DNA of 64,000 nt from Lingula anatina (GCA_051362555.1 CM120641.1:25426401-25490400); one strand, 5' to 3'; counted from the first letter of the stretch, positions 1 through 13,287 are shown. A program made the numbers and translations. The notes: generated by a model not told the origin, from the sequence alone.

Positions 1-108
1 CCTTTGACTCTGTGTTTCTTTCTTTCAAGATGTTCTCATGAGGAAACTGTTCCAGGGTAGATGCAGACAGAGAGGGTGCACCACATAATCCTTGCACTTG
101 TAAAGACA
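1..108 (-). CDS. JMJD4: 5' part of JMJD4-like first coding exon, running off the left edge (may be the intact gene or another truncated copy)
   Basis: ATG at 108 reads MSLQVQGLCGAPSLSASTLEQFPHENILKERNTESK, near-identical to the start of the exon at 13287. Acceptor ttttcag lies upstream at ~171. Continuation not visible. Confidence 0.55.
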
Positions 109-3100
109 TTTACTTCCTAGTACTCGGAGTCATAGTATACCACAGATAACTTTGGGGAAATTATATGAATCCTGAAAATTAAAATTTCACATAATGGATA
201 AAGATGTACTGGTATGACAGATTCTGAAATACGAGAAATAATACACAAAGCATGCACATCTATACAAATTGTGAAAAGACTTAGTCTGTATGAGACAATT
301 AGACTACAACCTTACATTCATCCTAAATCAGTGAACGTGTATGCACGTACCTCTCCCCCGCCACCCCCCCCCCCCCCTTTCCAAAGAAAAAACCACGAAG
401 TTTCATGATGCGTTAGCACTCCATACATATTTACGGTTTTTGATATGCGCTATACTTCAGTAGGTGCTTCTCCCCTGCGGCCTCTAATACACTTGTATTT
501 AAAAGAAATAGCACGAAAGTCATGCGTTGGCACTCCTGAATATTGACGATATGCTGTGCTACCCCCTGTAAGTACTATAGTGATGTACGTACTCCCCCCC
601 TATTCTGTGCTACCCCCTGTAAGTACTAGTACTAGTGATGTACGTATACTCCCCCACCCCCTCCCCCACTCCCGACATTTCGTTCACCAATGCAGCAATT
701 GTACACAGGTTGAATTCTTACTTTTATCACATAAGGCTGGATACATTGCTCATGCCTGTCTTCCCGTCTAAGCCAAACTCGTACACCGTTAGAGGCAAGA
801 GCTAGGTGTAGTACTTGGTGTGCACTGGCCGCTTGTACTTGCACGTTTTCCCATTAGGTTTCAAACCACTATTAAAAATCCCATTCACTTCCATTGTGAC
901 GTTTAATTCTCTTAAAAATACTTTCCATGCTTCAACAAACACAACACTTCAGGTTTAAATACTTCTACTCAAGGCAATATTAAAAAATCAGGGTACATTT
1001 AGGTTATACGGCACTTCCGGCCTTCCTTGTTTAGCAAGTTTGAATCAAGAAGTGCATTTTAGTGCTTATTTTGGCAGACTGGCGGCAGCACCTTACGGGT
1101 CATGTCATGTCACTGGCAAGCTATGCCATTAATGTACCCTGATTTTTTAAATATTGTTTAGGCCTTGAGTAGAAGTATTTAAACCTGAAGTGTTGTGTTT
1201 GTTGATGCATGGGAAATATTTTTAAGAGAATTAAACGTTACAATGGAAGTGAATGGGATTTTTAATAGTGGTTTGTAGCCTAAATGGCATGGCCAGTGAC
1301 ATGACCCGTAAGGTGCTGCCGCCAGTCGGCCAAAATAAGCACTAAAATGCAGCAGGGGGAGGGCATGTAAAATTGGCCCCAGGCAGTAAAATTTCACCTT
1401 GATATGAAAAAAAAAACACATCAAATAAAAGGCAAATGAACAAATTTATTTCTAAAATTTATTTCAAAATTTTCAAATGATCCAAAATTGAAAAATAAAC
1501 TCATTTTTCTCTTATATGCAAATCTTCTTGCTTCAAACCAATAGTATATATATAAAAAGATGCGAGTGTGTGTTCCATTGTTTTTAAGAATGCACATCCT
1601 TTTTTTTCACGTTTTAAATAAATGACCCATTTTAACATAGATTAATGCTACTTATTATTATAATAATAATTTTTAAGGTTTAATAAATCATATTTAAAGC
1701 CCATCTATAGTCCTCACTAACTGGTCTTGGTCAGCCTTTGACTCTGTGTTTCTTTCTTTCAAGATGTTCTCATGAGGAAACTGTTCCAGGGTAGATGCAG
1801 ACAGAGAGGGTGCGCCACATAATTCTTGCACTTGTAAAGACATTTACTTCCTAGTACTCAGAGTCATAGTATACCAGAGAAAACTTCGGGGAAATTATAT
1901 TAATCCTGAAAATTAAAATTTCACATAATGGATAAAAATGTACTGGTATGACAGATTCTGAAATACGAGAAATAATACACAAAGCATGCATCTATACAAA
2001 TTGTGAAAAGACTAAGTCTGTATGAGACAATCAGACTACAACCTTACATTCATCCTAAATCAGTGAATGTGTATGCACGTACCTCTCCCCCGCCACCCAC
2101 CCCCCTTCCAAAAGAAAAAACCACAAAGTTTCATGATGCGTTCCATACATATTTACGGTTTTTGATATGCGCTGTAGGAGCTTCTCCCCTGCGGCCTCTG
2201 ATACATTTGTATTTAAAAGAAATAGCACGAAAATCATGCGTTGGTACTCCTAAATATTGACGATATGCTGTGCTACCCCCTGTAAGTACTATAGTGATGT
2301 ACGTACTCCCCCCCTCCCCCACTCCCGACACTTTCGTTCACCAATGCAGCAATTGTACACAGGTTGAATTCTAACTTTAATCACATAGGGCTGGATACAT
2401 TGCTCATGCCTGTCTTCCCGTCTAAGCCAAATAACTCGTACACCGTTAAAGGCAAGAGCTAGGTGAAGTACATGTACTTCTGTTGTGCACTGGCCGCTTG
2501 TACTTGCACGTTTTCCCATTAGGTTACAAACCACTATTAAAAATCCCATTCACTGCCATTGTGACGTTTAATTCTCTTAAAAATACTTTCCATGCTTCAA
2601 CAAACACAACACTTCAGGTTTAAATACTTCTATTCAAGGCAATATAAAAAAAATCAGGGTACATTAATAGCATAGCCTTCCAGTGCCATGACATGACCCG
2701 TAAGGTGCTGCCGCCAGTCGGCCAAAATAAGCACTAAAATGCAGCAGGGGGAGGGCATGTAAAACTGGCCCCAGGCAGTAAAATTTCACCTTGATATGAA
2801 AAATAACACATCAAATAAAAGGCAAATGAACAAATTTATTTCTAAAATTTATTTCAAAATTTTCAAATGATCCAAAATTGAAAAATAAACTCATTTTTCT
2901 CTTATATGCAAATCTTCTTGCTTCAAACCAATAGTATATAAATATATATAAAAAGATGCGTGTGTGTGTTCCATTGTTTTTAAGAATGCATATCCTTTTT
3001 TCATGTTTTAAATATATGACCCATTTTAACATAGATTGATGCTACTTATTATTATAATAATGATTTCTAAGGTTTAATATCTCATATTTAAAGCCCATAT

Positions 3101-3954
3101 TAAAGAATATCCTACTCAGGATTTTCATGTCACATTGATTTTTTTAAGGCAATTTTTTTACTGACAATCATTGCTCAGCCTTTCCCTACACTCAGGTTGA
3201 TTTTTCATAACATTTTTATTTCAGTACTGTAATTCTAATAATTTAATGATTGGTTATGTTTTCCTTCAATTTTCAGATGGAAACAAAGACATCTAGCTGG
3301 TACTTTTATTTGAGGAGTTTTACCTTTTTTATAAGGAGTTTGTGAAGGTCTGGATAGGGAAAATAAGAAGCTTAGCAAGATTTGTAGACATAAAAAGTAA
3401 AGAAATTATATATCTTTTTATCTAAAGCCCTTCTAAGACAAAAATAGAGTGGACAATAAACAGGATTTTTTCAGTCACAATAATTGTGATAAATACCCAT
3501 ATTGCAAACAACACTCACATGTTTTTATAATTTCTTTATTGTAAGAATCAACCTGTAACACAATATACCTGGTCACAAGATTGACCACATCAAGTATGTG
3601 ACATACTTTTAATAAAATAAGTATCATAAAATTATAAATTATGAATTATGATATTGGTAATGCAGGCAGAAGAATTTTTTCAGATTGAATGAAGAATGAA
3701 GAAATGCCAATCAGAGAGCAATATATAAAATTCAGCAAAAATTTCAGCTGAAGTGGACGGACTGCTTGACTGATGACGTGATTCAATCTTTTTTACATAC
3801 GTGAGGTTGTAAAAAAAGTTACAAAAAAGAACTTCAAATGTCAAGTGATAATTCTGTTAAACTAACAGATTCTTTGATTAAAATGCCCTTGTTCACTATC
3901 CACAAGTCTCTGGACTAATTCAAAGATCAAAGTCATTAAACATCTAGTTCTCTG

Positions 3955-5516
3955 TCAAGCAGCAGTTGGATCCGAATCTTTGACTTCACTGGCTTCCCAC
4001 TCATTGATTAGTTCGGAGGAAACCTCTGTGAATAATTGGTCCCATTCCCATGGTTTATCCTCCTGTTGAAAATGAGATGACATATTTTTTAAAGTCTACA
4101 ACTCCTACTTATTCAACACTTCCTCCTTCAAAGATATACCTTTATTAATTTTAAAAAGCTTTATTAAATGAAATCTTTTATTTATTCATTCATTTGTTTT
4201 GTGGATTTTGTAAATTTGCAAATTAATTCTACTGGAATATTTCACATTATACACATAGATCCAGTAACAGTTTTCATATCTTGAATAGTCTTACCTCAAT
4301 GACTTCAGATTCTGCTGATAAAACTTTGGTCAGTAATTTGAGATCAATCTCATTATCCTATGGAGAAAAAAAAAACACAATCAAAAAGTCTCTTTTCAAC
4401 ATTGCTGGCTTTTAAGACATAAAAGATAGAGGCTGAATGAACAAGTGAAAACTACAATACCAAACAATTTAGATGAATTCTAATATTTTTAAGCAATTAT
4501 TAGTAATGAAGTGATGCCATATATCTTATAGGTTCTGGTGCAGGTGCTTTTAATATCTTTCACATTCTAATGCCAATCAAAATAAGTTAATCCTTTTTAG
4601 AAATTAATATAACATATTTATATCACACAATATAAACAAAAACAAGTTCATTAATCACAAAAAAATCAATCGACATCTTAAAAGATTAAGACAGCAACCT
4701 TGGTCAGTAACTAATCACTTTAATTGGAGGTAGTAAGTGGTATGTTTGATAACTGAAATTCCAAATAAGGCAAAACATTTAACAGACATACAAAACATTC
4801 TGTCATTGTCAGGACATAGTGAAGTCACTAGTTTTTTTTCTTTTTTTTTCAAAATTTTACAGCACAACAGAAAAAAATCAAAACAGTATAAATGAATGAC
4901 AGGGAATGAAATGAAGCAAAAAGGGTATATTATTTAGTCTCCACACAGGGTTGTATCAATGCCTACCATTTTGTAAAACTGAAATTTTCAACAAATGCTG
5001 ATCAAATATCTGTGAATCTCACACAGTGCATAAGTAAAAATATATAATATATTTAATTTCTCCAATCTCTGAGAAATCAAGTTAGAAACTGTTTAAAGGT
5101 ATAAACAAATATACTCGAAAATCTCTGAAATGCAATGCAGATACAAGTTGACCACCTGTTATGAATGTATAAGTTAAAACATTTCCAAAGATTTAAAATG
5201 TATCATGAGTAAATTGACTTTGACAAAAGATCAATGCTGACATCAGGTTTCACTCAAACTTAAAATGGGCTAACAGACAAGCAGATGTCAAGACAGTAGA
5301 CTGCTTAAAAAAAAATGGGATGAAAAAGGTCTAAGGAGCAATATTGCTTCCTGTGTGATCTTACAGGCAAGTTGTGTCAACTGTGCTATTTTAAGTCTAA
5401 GTCAATCCTGATGTGACCACTACCTTGGTGCCATGATACTTACTAGAGTCTGGAATGCTGCATGTCTGAGAAGGTCATTGTCTAGTTCCCTGTATGTTGC
5501 TACTCTGTTCACTTTG
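3955..5516 (-). pseudogene. IFT43: Partial duplicate of IFT43 exons 7-9 (copy B1)
   Basis: Exons 5516-5444, 4357-4295 and 4062-3955 have intact AG/GT sites and an open frame (KVNRVATYRELDNDLLRHAAFQTL / DNEIDLKLLTKVLSAESEVIE / EDKPWEWDQLFTEVSSELINEW...*). Exons 1-6 are absent from this copy. Confidence 0.85.
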
Positions 5517-6897
5517 CTGAATGGTAGAAAAAATTAACACCAATTTATATAATATCAACATTGCTTTAACATAAATATTTTATACACTCACTTTGTCTAA
5601 TAAGTGTAAAAAAAGTCAGGTTTATGGTGTATATTTATATATCTTATTTAAAGGAAATTACCAACAATTTTTTAAAAATAAACTTTGTATTAGACAATTA
5701 GACTACAACCTTACATTCATCCTAAATCAGTGAATGTGTATGCACGTACCTCTCCCGCCGCCACCCCCCCCCCCCTTCCCAAAGAAAAAACCACGAAGTT
5801 TCATGATGCGTGAGCACTCCATACATATTTACGGTTTCTGATATGCGCTATAGGTGCTTCTCCCCTGCGGCCTCTAATACACTTGTATTTAAAAGAAATA
5901 GCACGAAAGTCATGCGTTGGCACTCCTAAATACTGATGATATGCTGTGCTACCCCCTGTAAGTACTAGTGATGTACGTACTGGTACTCCCCCCTCCCCTA
6001 CTCCCGACACTCTCGTTCACCAATGCAGCAATTGTACACAGGTTGAATTCTTCCTTTTATCACATAAGGCTGAATACATTGCTCATGCCTGTCTTCCCGC
6101 CTAAGCACCGTTAAATGCAAGAGCTAGGTGCAGTACTTGTTGTGCACTGGCCGCTTGTACGTTTTCCCATTAGGTCACAAACCACAATTAAAAATCCCAT
6201 TCACTTCCATTGTGACGTTTAATTCTCTTAAAAATACTTTCCATGCTTCAACAAACACAACACTTCAGGTTTAAATACTTCTACTCAAGGCAATATAAAA
6301 AAATCTGGGTACATTAATTAATGGCATAGCCTTCCAGTGACAATGACATGACCCGTAAGGTGCTGCCGCCAGTCGGTCAAAATAAGCACTAAAATGCAAC
6401 AGGTGGGAGGACATGTAAAACTGGCCCCAGGCAGTAAAATTTCACCTTGATATGAAAAAAAAAACACATTAAATAAAAGGCAAATGAACAAATTTATTTC
6501 TAAAATTTATTTCAAATTTTCAAATGATCCAAAATTGAAAAATAAACTCATTTATCTCTTATATGTAAATCTTCTTGCTTCAAACCAATAGTATATATAT
6601 AAAAAGATGCATGTGTTTTTAAGAATGCAGATCCTTTTTTCATGTTTTAAATAAATGACCCATTTTAACATAGATTAATGCTACTTATTATTATAATAAT
6701 GATTTTTAAGGTTTAATAAATAATATTTAAAGCCCATCTATAGTCCTCACTAACTGGTCTTGGTCAGCCTTTGACTCTGTGTTTTTTTCTTTCAAGATGT
6801 TCTCATGAGGAAACTGTTCCAGGGTAGATGCAGACAGAGAGGGTGCGCCACATAATCCTTCCACTTGTAAATACATTTACTTCCTAGTACTCAGAGT

Positions 6898-7122
6898 CAT
6901 ACACCCCATTCTCATAGATTAGATCGACCTACATTGGATCGACCTAACTCCCTGGGGGTTCACGCTAAATAGCTGTCAGCCGGGCGGACACGAAATTTAA
7001 TTACCCCTTAAAGCTTGTAGTAGGCGGGGACGGACACTTAAGGGGGATTATCTGACAGTAATCTAGTGAGACTCCCCGCGGTGATAGATCGATCTAAAAG
7101 TTGTGAGAACAGAGCCATAGTG
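6898..7122. mobile_element. ~220 bp MITE-like insertion, in only one A unit
   Basis: Absent from the other A copies. A second copy lies at 63448-63672. Imperfect inverted ends (ATTCTCATAGA...GATCGATCTAAAAGTTGTGAGAA). Confidence 0.85.
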
Positions 7123-9983
7123 ACCAGAGAAAACTTTGGGGAAATTATATGAATCCTGAAAATTAAAATTTCACATAATAGATAAAAATGTACTGGTATG
7201 ACAGATTCTGAAATACGAGAAATAATACACAAAGCATGCATCTATACAAATTGTGAAAAGACTGCTAAGTCTGTACATGAGACAATTAGACTACAACCTT
7301 ACATTCATCCTAAATCAGTGAATGTGTATATGCACGTACCTCTCCCCCGCCACCCCCCCCCCCTTCCCAAAGAAAAACCACGAAGTTTCATGATGCGTTA
7401 GCACTCCATACATATTTACGGTTTTTGATATGCACTATAGGTGCTTCTCCCCTGCGGCCTCTAATACACTTGTATTTAAAAGAAATAGCACGAAAGTCAT
7501 GCGTTGGCACTCCTAAATATTGACGATATGCTGTATATGCTACCCCCTGTAAGTACTAGTGATGTACAGTACGTACTGGTACTCCCCCCCCCCCCCCTCC
7601 CCCACTCCCGACACTTTCGTTCACCAATGCAGCAATTGTACACAGGTTGAATTCTTACTTTTATCACATAAGGCTGGATACATTGCCCACGTTTGTCTTC
7701 AAGTCTAAGCCAAACTCGTACACCGTTAAAGGCAAGAGCTAGGTGTAGTACTTGTTGTGCACTGGCCGCTTGTACGTTTTCCCATTAGGTCACAAACCAC
7801 TATTAAAAATCCCATTCACTTCCATTGTGACGTTTAATTCTCTTAAAAATACTTTCCATGCTTCAACAAACACAACACTTCAGGTTTAAACTGTACTTCT
7901 GCTCAAGGCAATATAAAAAATCTGGGTACCCGTAAGGTGCTGCCGCCAGTCGGTCAAAATAAGTACTAAAATGCAGCAGGGGGGGGGCATATAAAACTGG
8001 CCCCAGGCAGTAAAATTTCACCTTAATATGAAAAATAACACATCAAATAAAAGGCAAATGAACAAATTTATTTCTAAAATTTATTTCAAAATTTTCAAAA
8101 GATCCAAAATTGAAAAATAAACTCATTTTTCTCTTATATGCAAATCTTCTTCCTTCAAACCAATAGTATATATATGTAAAAAGATGCGAGTGTGTGTTCC
8201 ATTGTTTTTAAGAATGCACATCCTTTTTTTTCATGTTTTAAATAAATGACCCATATAAACATAGATTAATGCTACTTATTATTATAATAATGATTTTTAA
8301 GGTTTAATATATCATATTTAAAGCCCATCTATACTGCTCACTAACTGGTCTTGGTCAGCATTTGACTCTGTGTTTCTTTCTTTCAAGATGTTCTCATGAG
8401 GAAACTGTTCCAGGGTAGATGCAGACAGAGAGGGTGCACCACATAATCCTTGCACTTGTAAATACATTTACTTCCTAGTACTCAGAGCCATAGTGACCAG
8501 AGAAAACTTTGGGGAAATTATATGAATCCTGAAAATTAACATTTCACATAATGTACTGCATGGTATGACAGATTCTGAAATACGAGAAATAATACACAAA
8601 GCATGCATCTATACAAATTGTGAAAAGACTAAGTCTGTATGAGACAATTAGACTACAACCTTACATTCATCCTAAATCAGTGAATGTGTATATGCACGTA
8701 CCTCTCCCCCGCCACCCCCCCCCCCCCCCTTCCCAAAGAAAAAACCACGAAGTTTCATGATGCGTTAGTACACCATACATATTTATGGTTTTTTATATGC
8801 GCTATAAGTGCTTCTCCCCTCCGGCCTCTAATACACTATTTAAAAGAAATAGCACGAAAGTCATGCGTTGGCACTCCTAAATATTGACGATATTCTGTGC
8901 TACCCCCTGTAAGTACTAGTGATGTACGTACTCCCCCCCCCCTCCCCCACTCCAGACACTTTCGTTCACCAATGCAGCAATTGTACACAGGTTGAATTCT
9001 TACTTTTATCACATAAGGCTGGATACATTGCCCACGTTTGTCTTCAAGTCTAAGCCAAACTCGTACACCGTTAAAGGCAAGAGCTACATGTAGGTGTAGT
9101 AGCCTACTTGTTGTGCACTGGCCGCTTGTACGTTTTCCCATTAGGTCACAAACCACTATTAAAAATCCCATTCACTTCCATTGTGACGTTTAATTCTCTT
9201 AAAAATACTTTCCATGCTTCAACAAACACAACACTTCAGGTTTAAATACTTCTACTCAAGGCAATATAAAAAAATCTGGGTACATTAATTAATGGCATAG
9301 CCTTCCAGTGACAATGACATGACCCGTAAGGTGCTGCCGCCAGTCGGTCAAAATAAGCACTAAAATGCAGCAGGGGATAGGACATGTAAAACTGGCCCCA
9401 GGCAGTAAAATTTCACCTTGATATGAAAAATAATACATCAAATAAAAGGTAAATGAACAAATTTATTTCTAAAATTTATTTCAAAATTTTCAAATGATCC
9501 AAAATTGAAAAATAAACTCATTTTTCTCTTATATGCAAATCTTCTTGCTTCACACCAATAGTATATATAAAAAGATACGCGTGTGTGTTCCATTGTTTTT
9601 TAAGAATGTACATCCTTTTTTTTTCATGTTTTAAATAAATGACCCATTTTAACATAGATTAATGCTACTTATTATTATAATAATGATTTCTAAGGTTTAA
9701 TATCTCATATTTAAAGCCCATATTAAAGAACATCCTAATCAGGATTTTCATGTCACATTGATTTTTTTTGTAAGGCAGTTTTTTTTACTGACAATCATTG
9801 CTCAATCTTTCCCTACACTCAGGTTTGATTTTTCATAACATTTTTATCTCAGTACTGTAATTCTAATAATATAATGATTGGTTATGTTTTCCTTTAATTT
9901 TCAGATGGAAACAAAGACATCTGGTACTTTTATTTGAGGAGTTTTACCTTTTTTATAAAAAGTTTGTGAAGGTCTGGATAGAC

Positions 9984-10097
9984 CACCCTGAGCTTCAGAG
10001 ATAACTTGACACTAACCTCTTCACTATTAGCCTATCTTCATCGTGTCAAGGCTATAGTGAAGAGGTTAGTGTCAAGTTATCTCTGAAGCTCAGGGTG
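9984..10097. mobile_element. 114 bp hairpin MITE with 8-bp TSD (hAT-like)
   Basis: ~44 bp perfect TIR (CACCCTGAGCTTCAGAGATAACTTGACACTAACCTCTTCACTAT). Flanked by GGATAGAC at 9976-9983 and 10098-10105. Absent from the other two B copies. Confidence 0.92.
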
Positions 10098-10681
10098 GGA
10101 TAGACATTCATAGACATAAAAAGTAAAGAAATTATATATCTCTTTATCTAAAGTCCTTCTAAGACAAAAATAGAGTGGACAATAAACAGGATTTTTTCAG
10201 TCACAATAATTGTGATAAATACCCATCTTGCAAACAACACTCACACGTTTTTATAATTTCTTTATTGTAAGAATGAACCTGTAACATAAAATACCTGGTC
10301 ACAAGATTGACCACATCAAGTATGTGACATACTTTTAATAAAATAAGTATCATAAAATTATAAATTATGAATTATAATATTGTTAATGCAGGCAGAAGAA
10401 TTTTTTGAGATTGAATGAAGAATGAAGAAATGCCATTCAAGGAGAGCAGTATATAAAATTCAGCAAAATTTCAGCTGAAGTGGACGGACTGCTTGACTAA
10501 TGACGTGATTCAATCTTTTTTACATATATGAGGTTGTAAAAAAAGTTACAAAAAAGAACTTCAAATGTCAAGAGATAATTCTGTTAAAGTAACAGATTCT
10601 TTGATTAAAATGCCCTTGTTCACTATCCACAAGTCTCTGGACTAATTCAAAGATCAAAGTCATTAAACATCTAGTTCTCTG

Positions 10682-12399
10682 TCAAGCAGCAGTTGGATCC
10701 GAATCTTTGACTTCACTGGCTTCCCACTCATTGATTAGTTCGGAGGAAACCTCTGTGAATAATTGGTCCCAGTCCCACGGTTTATCCTCCTGTTGAAAAT
10801 GAGATGACAGATATTTTTTAAAGTCTACAACTCCTACTTATTCAACACTTCCTCCTTCAAAGATATACCTTTATTAATTTTAAAAAGCTTTATTAAATGA
10901 AATCTTTTATTTATTCATTCATTTGTTTTGTGGATTTTGTAAATTTGCAAATTAATTCTACTGGAATATTTCACATAATAGATAGATCCAGTAACAGTTT
11001 TCATATCTTGAATAGTCTTACCTCAATGACTTCAGATTCTGCTGATAAAACTTTGGTCAGTAATTTGAGATCAATCTCATTATCCTAGGGAGAAAAAAAA
11101 CACAATCCAAAAGTCTCTTTTCAACATTGCTGGCTTTTAAGACATAAAACATATAGAGGCTGAATGAACTACAATACCAAACAATTTAGATGAATTCTAA
11201 TATTATTAAGCAATTATGAATAATGAAGTGATGACATATATCTTATAGGTTCTGGTGCAGGTGCTTTTAATATCTTTCATATTCTAATACCAATCATAAT
11301 AAGTTAATCCTTTTTAGAAATTAATATAACAAATTTATATCACACAATGGAAACAAAAACAAGTTCACAAGAAAAAAATTTTAAAAATCAACACAGCATC
11401 CTAAAAGATTTAGACAGTAACCTTGGTCAGAAACTAATCACTTTATTTTGAGGTAGTAAGTGGTATGTTTGATAACTGAAATTCTAAATGAGGTAAAACA
11501 TTTAACAGACATACAAAACATTCTGTCATAGTCAGGATATAGTGAAGTCACTCGTTTTCTTTCTTTTTTTTTTTTCAGAATTTTACAGCACAACAGTAGA
11601 AAAAATCAAAACAGTATAAATGAATGACAGGGAATGAAATGAAGTAAAAAGGGGTAGATCATGTAGTCTCCACACAGGGTTGCATCAATGCCTACCATTT
11701 TGTAAAACTGAAATTTTCAACAAATACTGATCAAATATATGTGAATCTCACACTGTGCATAAGTAAAAATATATATTATATTTCATTTCTCCAATCTCTG
11801 AGAAATCAAGTTAGAAACTGTTTAAAGGTATAAATAAAAATCTCTGAAATGCAATGCCGATACAAGTTGACCACCTGTTATGAATGTATAAGTTAAAACA
11901 TCTCCAAAGATTTAAAATGTATCATGAGTAAATTGACTTTGACAAAAGATCAATGCTGACATCAGGTTTCACTCAAACTTTTAAATAGGCAAACAGACAA
12001 ACAGATGTCTAGACAGTAGACTGCTTAAAAAACATGGGATGAAAAAGGTCTAAGGAGCAATATAGCTTCCTGTGTGATCTTACAGGCAAGTTGTGTCAAC
12101 TTTGTTATTTTAAGTCTAAGTCAATCCTGATGTGACCACTACCAGGGCCGTAGCCTCCGGGGGGGCAGGGGGGGCAGCTGCCCCCCCTGGAATTTGGAAT
12201 TTTCCACACCGTGATAGGGGGACACCCCCCCCCCTTGGGGGCTTCGCCCCCTCATGTCCGCTTACTGCCCCCCCTGGCATTTTGCTCAGGCTACGGCCCT
12301 GACTACCTTGGTGCCATGATACTTACTAGAGTCTGGAATGCTGCAAGTCTGAGAAGGTCATTGTCTAGTTCCCTGTATGTTGCTACTCTGTTCACTTTG
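10682..12399 (-). pseudogene. IFT43: Partial duplicate of IFT43 exons 7-9 (copy B2)
   Basis: Exons 12399-12327, 11084-11022 and 10789-10682. Splice sites and frame intact; one His>Leu change in exon 7. Confidence 0.85.
12143..12301. mobile_element. 159 bp GC-rich MITE
   Basis: 14-bp TIR CAGGGCCGTAGCCT...AGGCTACGGCCCTG with duplicated ACTAC flanks. Empty site gtgaccactaccttgg is seen at ~5413 in B1, and similarly at ~24481. Confidence 0.92.
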
Positions 12400-12970
12400 C
12401 TGAATGGTAGAAAAAATTAACACCAATTTATATAATATCAACATTGCTTTAACATAAATATTTTATACACTCACTTTGTCTAATAAGTGTAAAAAAAAGT
12501 CAGGTTTATGGTACATATTTATATATCTTATTTAAAGGAAATTACCAACAATTTTTTAAAAATAAACATTGTATTCTATGCATAGCCAATCTTAACAGAA
12601 GAACATATGAAAAATTTAGTGTCTATTGTACATTTGTATAATGTACATCTGCTTTAAAATATACCCAAATACCCCAGTGGCAGATTTAGGCAGGGGGTCC
12701 TGATCCCCAGCCACCTCCCATTCCATTTCTGAAAAATCACACTATTGGTCCCCTTTTGAAATTAGAATGTTTCTTTTCTTTAGCTGAATCATAGGACTAA
12801 ACTGTACCAAATGACACCCTTCTCCCTCTAAAATATCAATTTTTTTCAGGGTCCTTCACACTGGGGGGGGGGGAGGGTCAATTACCCCTTTTATAAAATT
12901 AACTACAAGATAATTAGATAGATTGAGGCCTGTCACCCAGCTAAAATGAAATCAGAATAGCATTTTGAAC

Positions 12971-13287
12971 CTGCCTTTTGCAAATAAGAACTTTAAATTC
13001 TTTAAGTTTGGTTTTCCGTCATCTGTGACCCACTCCTTCCTCGCCCTCCACAAGTTGATGGCTAACTCTGGAGCCAGTAAACATGGCTTATTAGCAATCA
13101 AGTACTTTTTAAAGAACTCATCATAGGATATAGAATCTGTGAGGACATCTATACTCCTCACTAACTGGTCTTGGTCAGCCTTTGACCCTGTGTTTCTTTC
13201 TTTCAAGATGTTCTCATGAGGAAACTGTTCCAGGGTAGATGCAGACAGAGAGGGTGCGCCACATAATCCTTGCACTTGTAAAGACAT
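12971..13287 (-). pseudogene. JMJD4: Complete first coding exon of a JMJD4-like 2-oxoglutarate/Fe oxygenase, orphaned from downstream JMJD4 exons
   Basis: ISYDEFFKKYLIANKPCLL...WRARKEWVTDDGKPNL resembles the JMJD4 N-terminal region (N.PC...W..RR.WV...G.PD/N). Acceptor at 13350-13351. ~500 nt downstream the intron joins IFT43 intron 6 sequence. Confidence 0.75.

Noticed and set aside
12675-12890. CAGTGGCAGATTTAGG... possible old MITE remnant
   Set aside because: No matching opposite terminus or TSD found.
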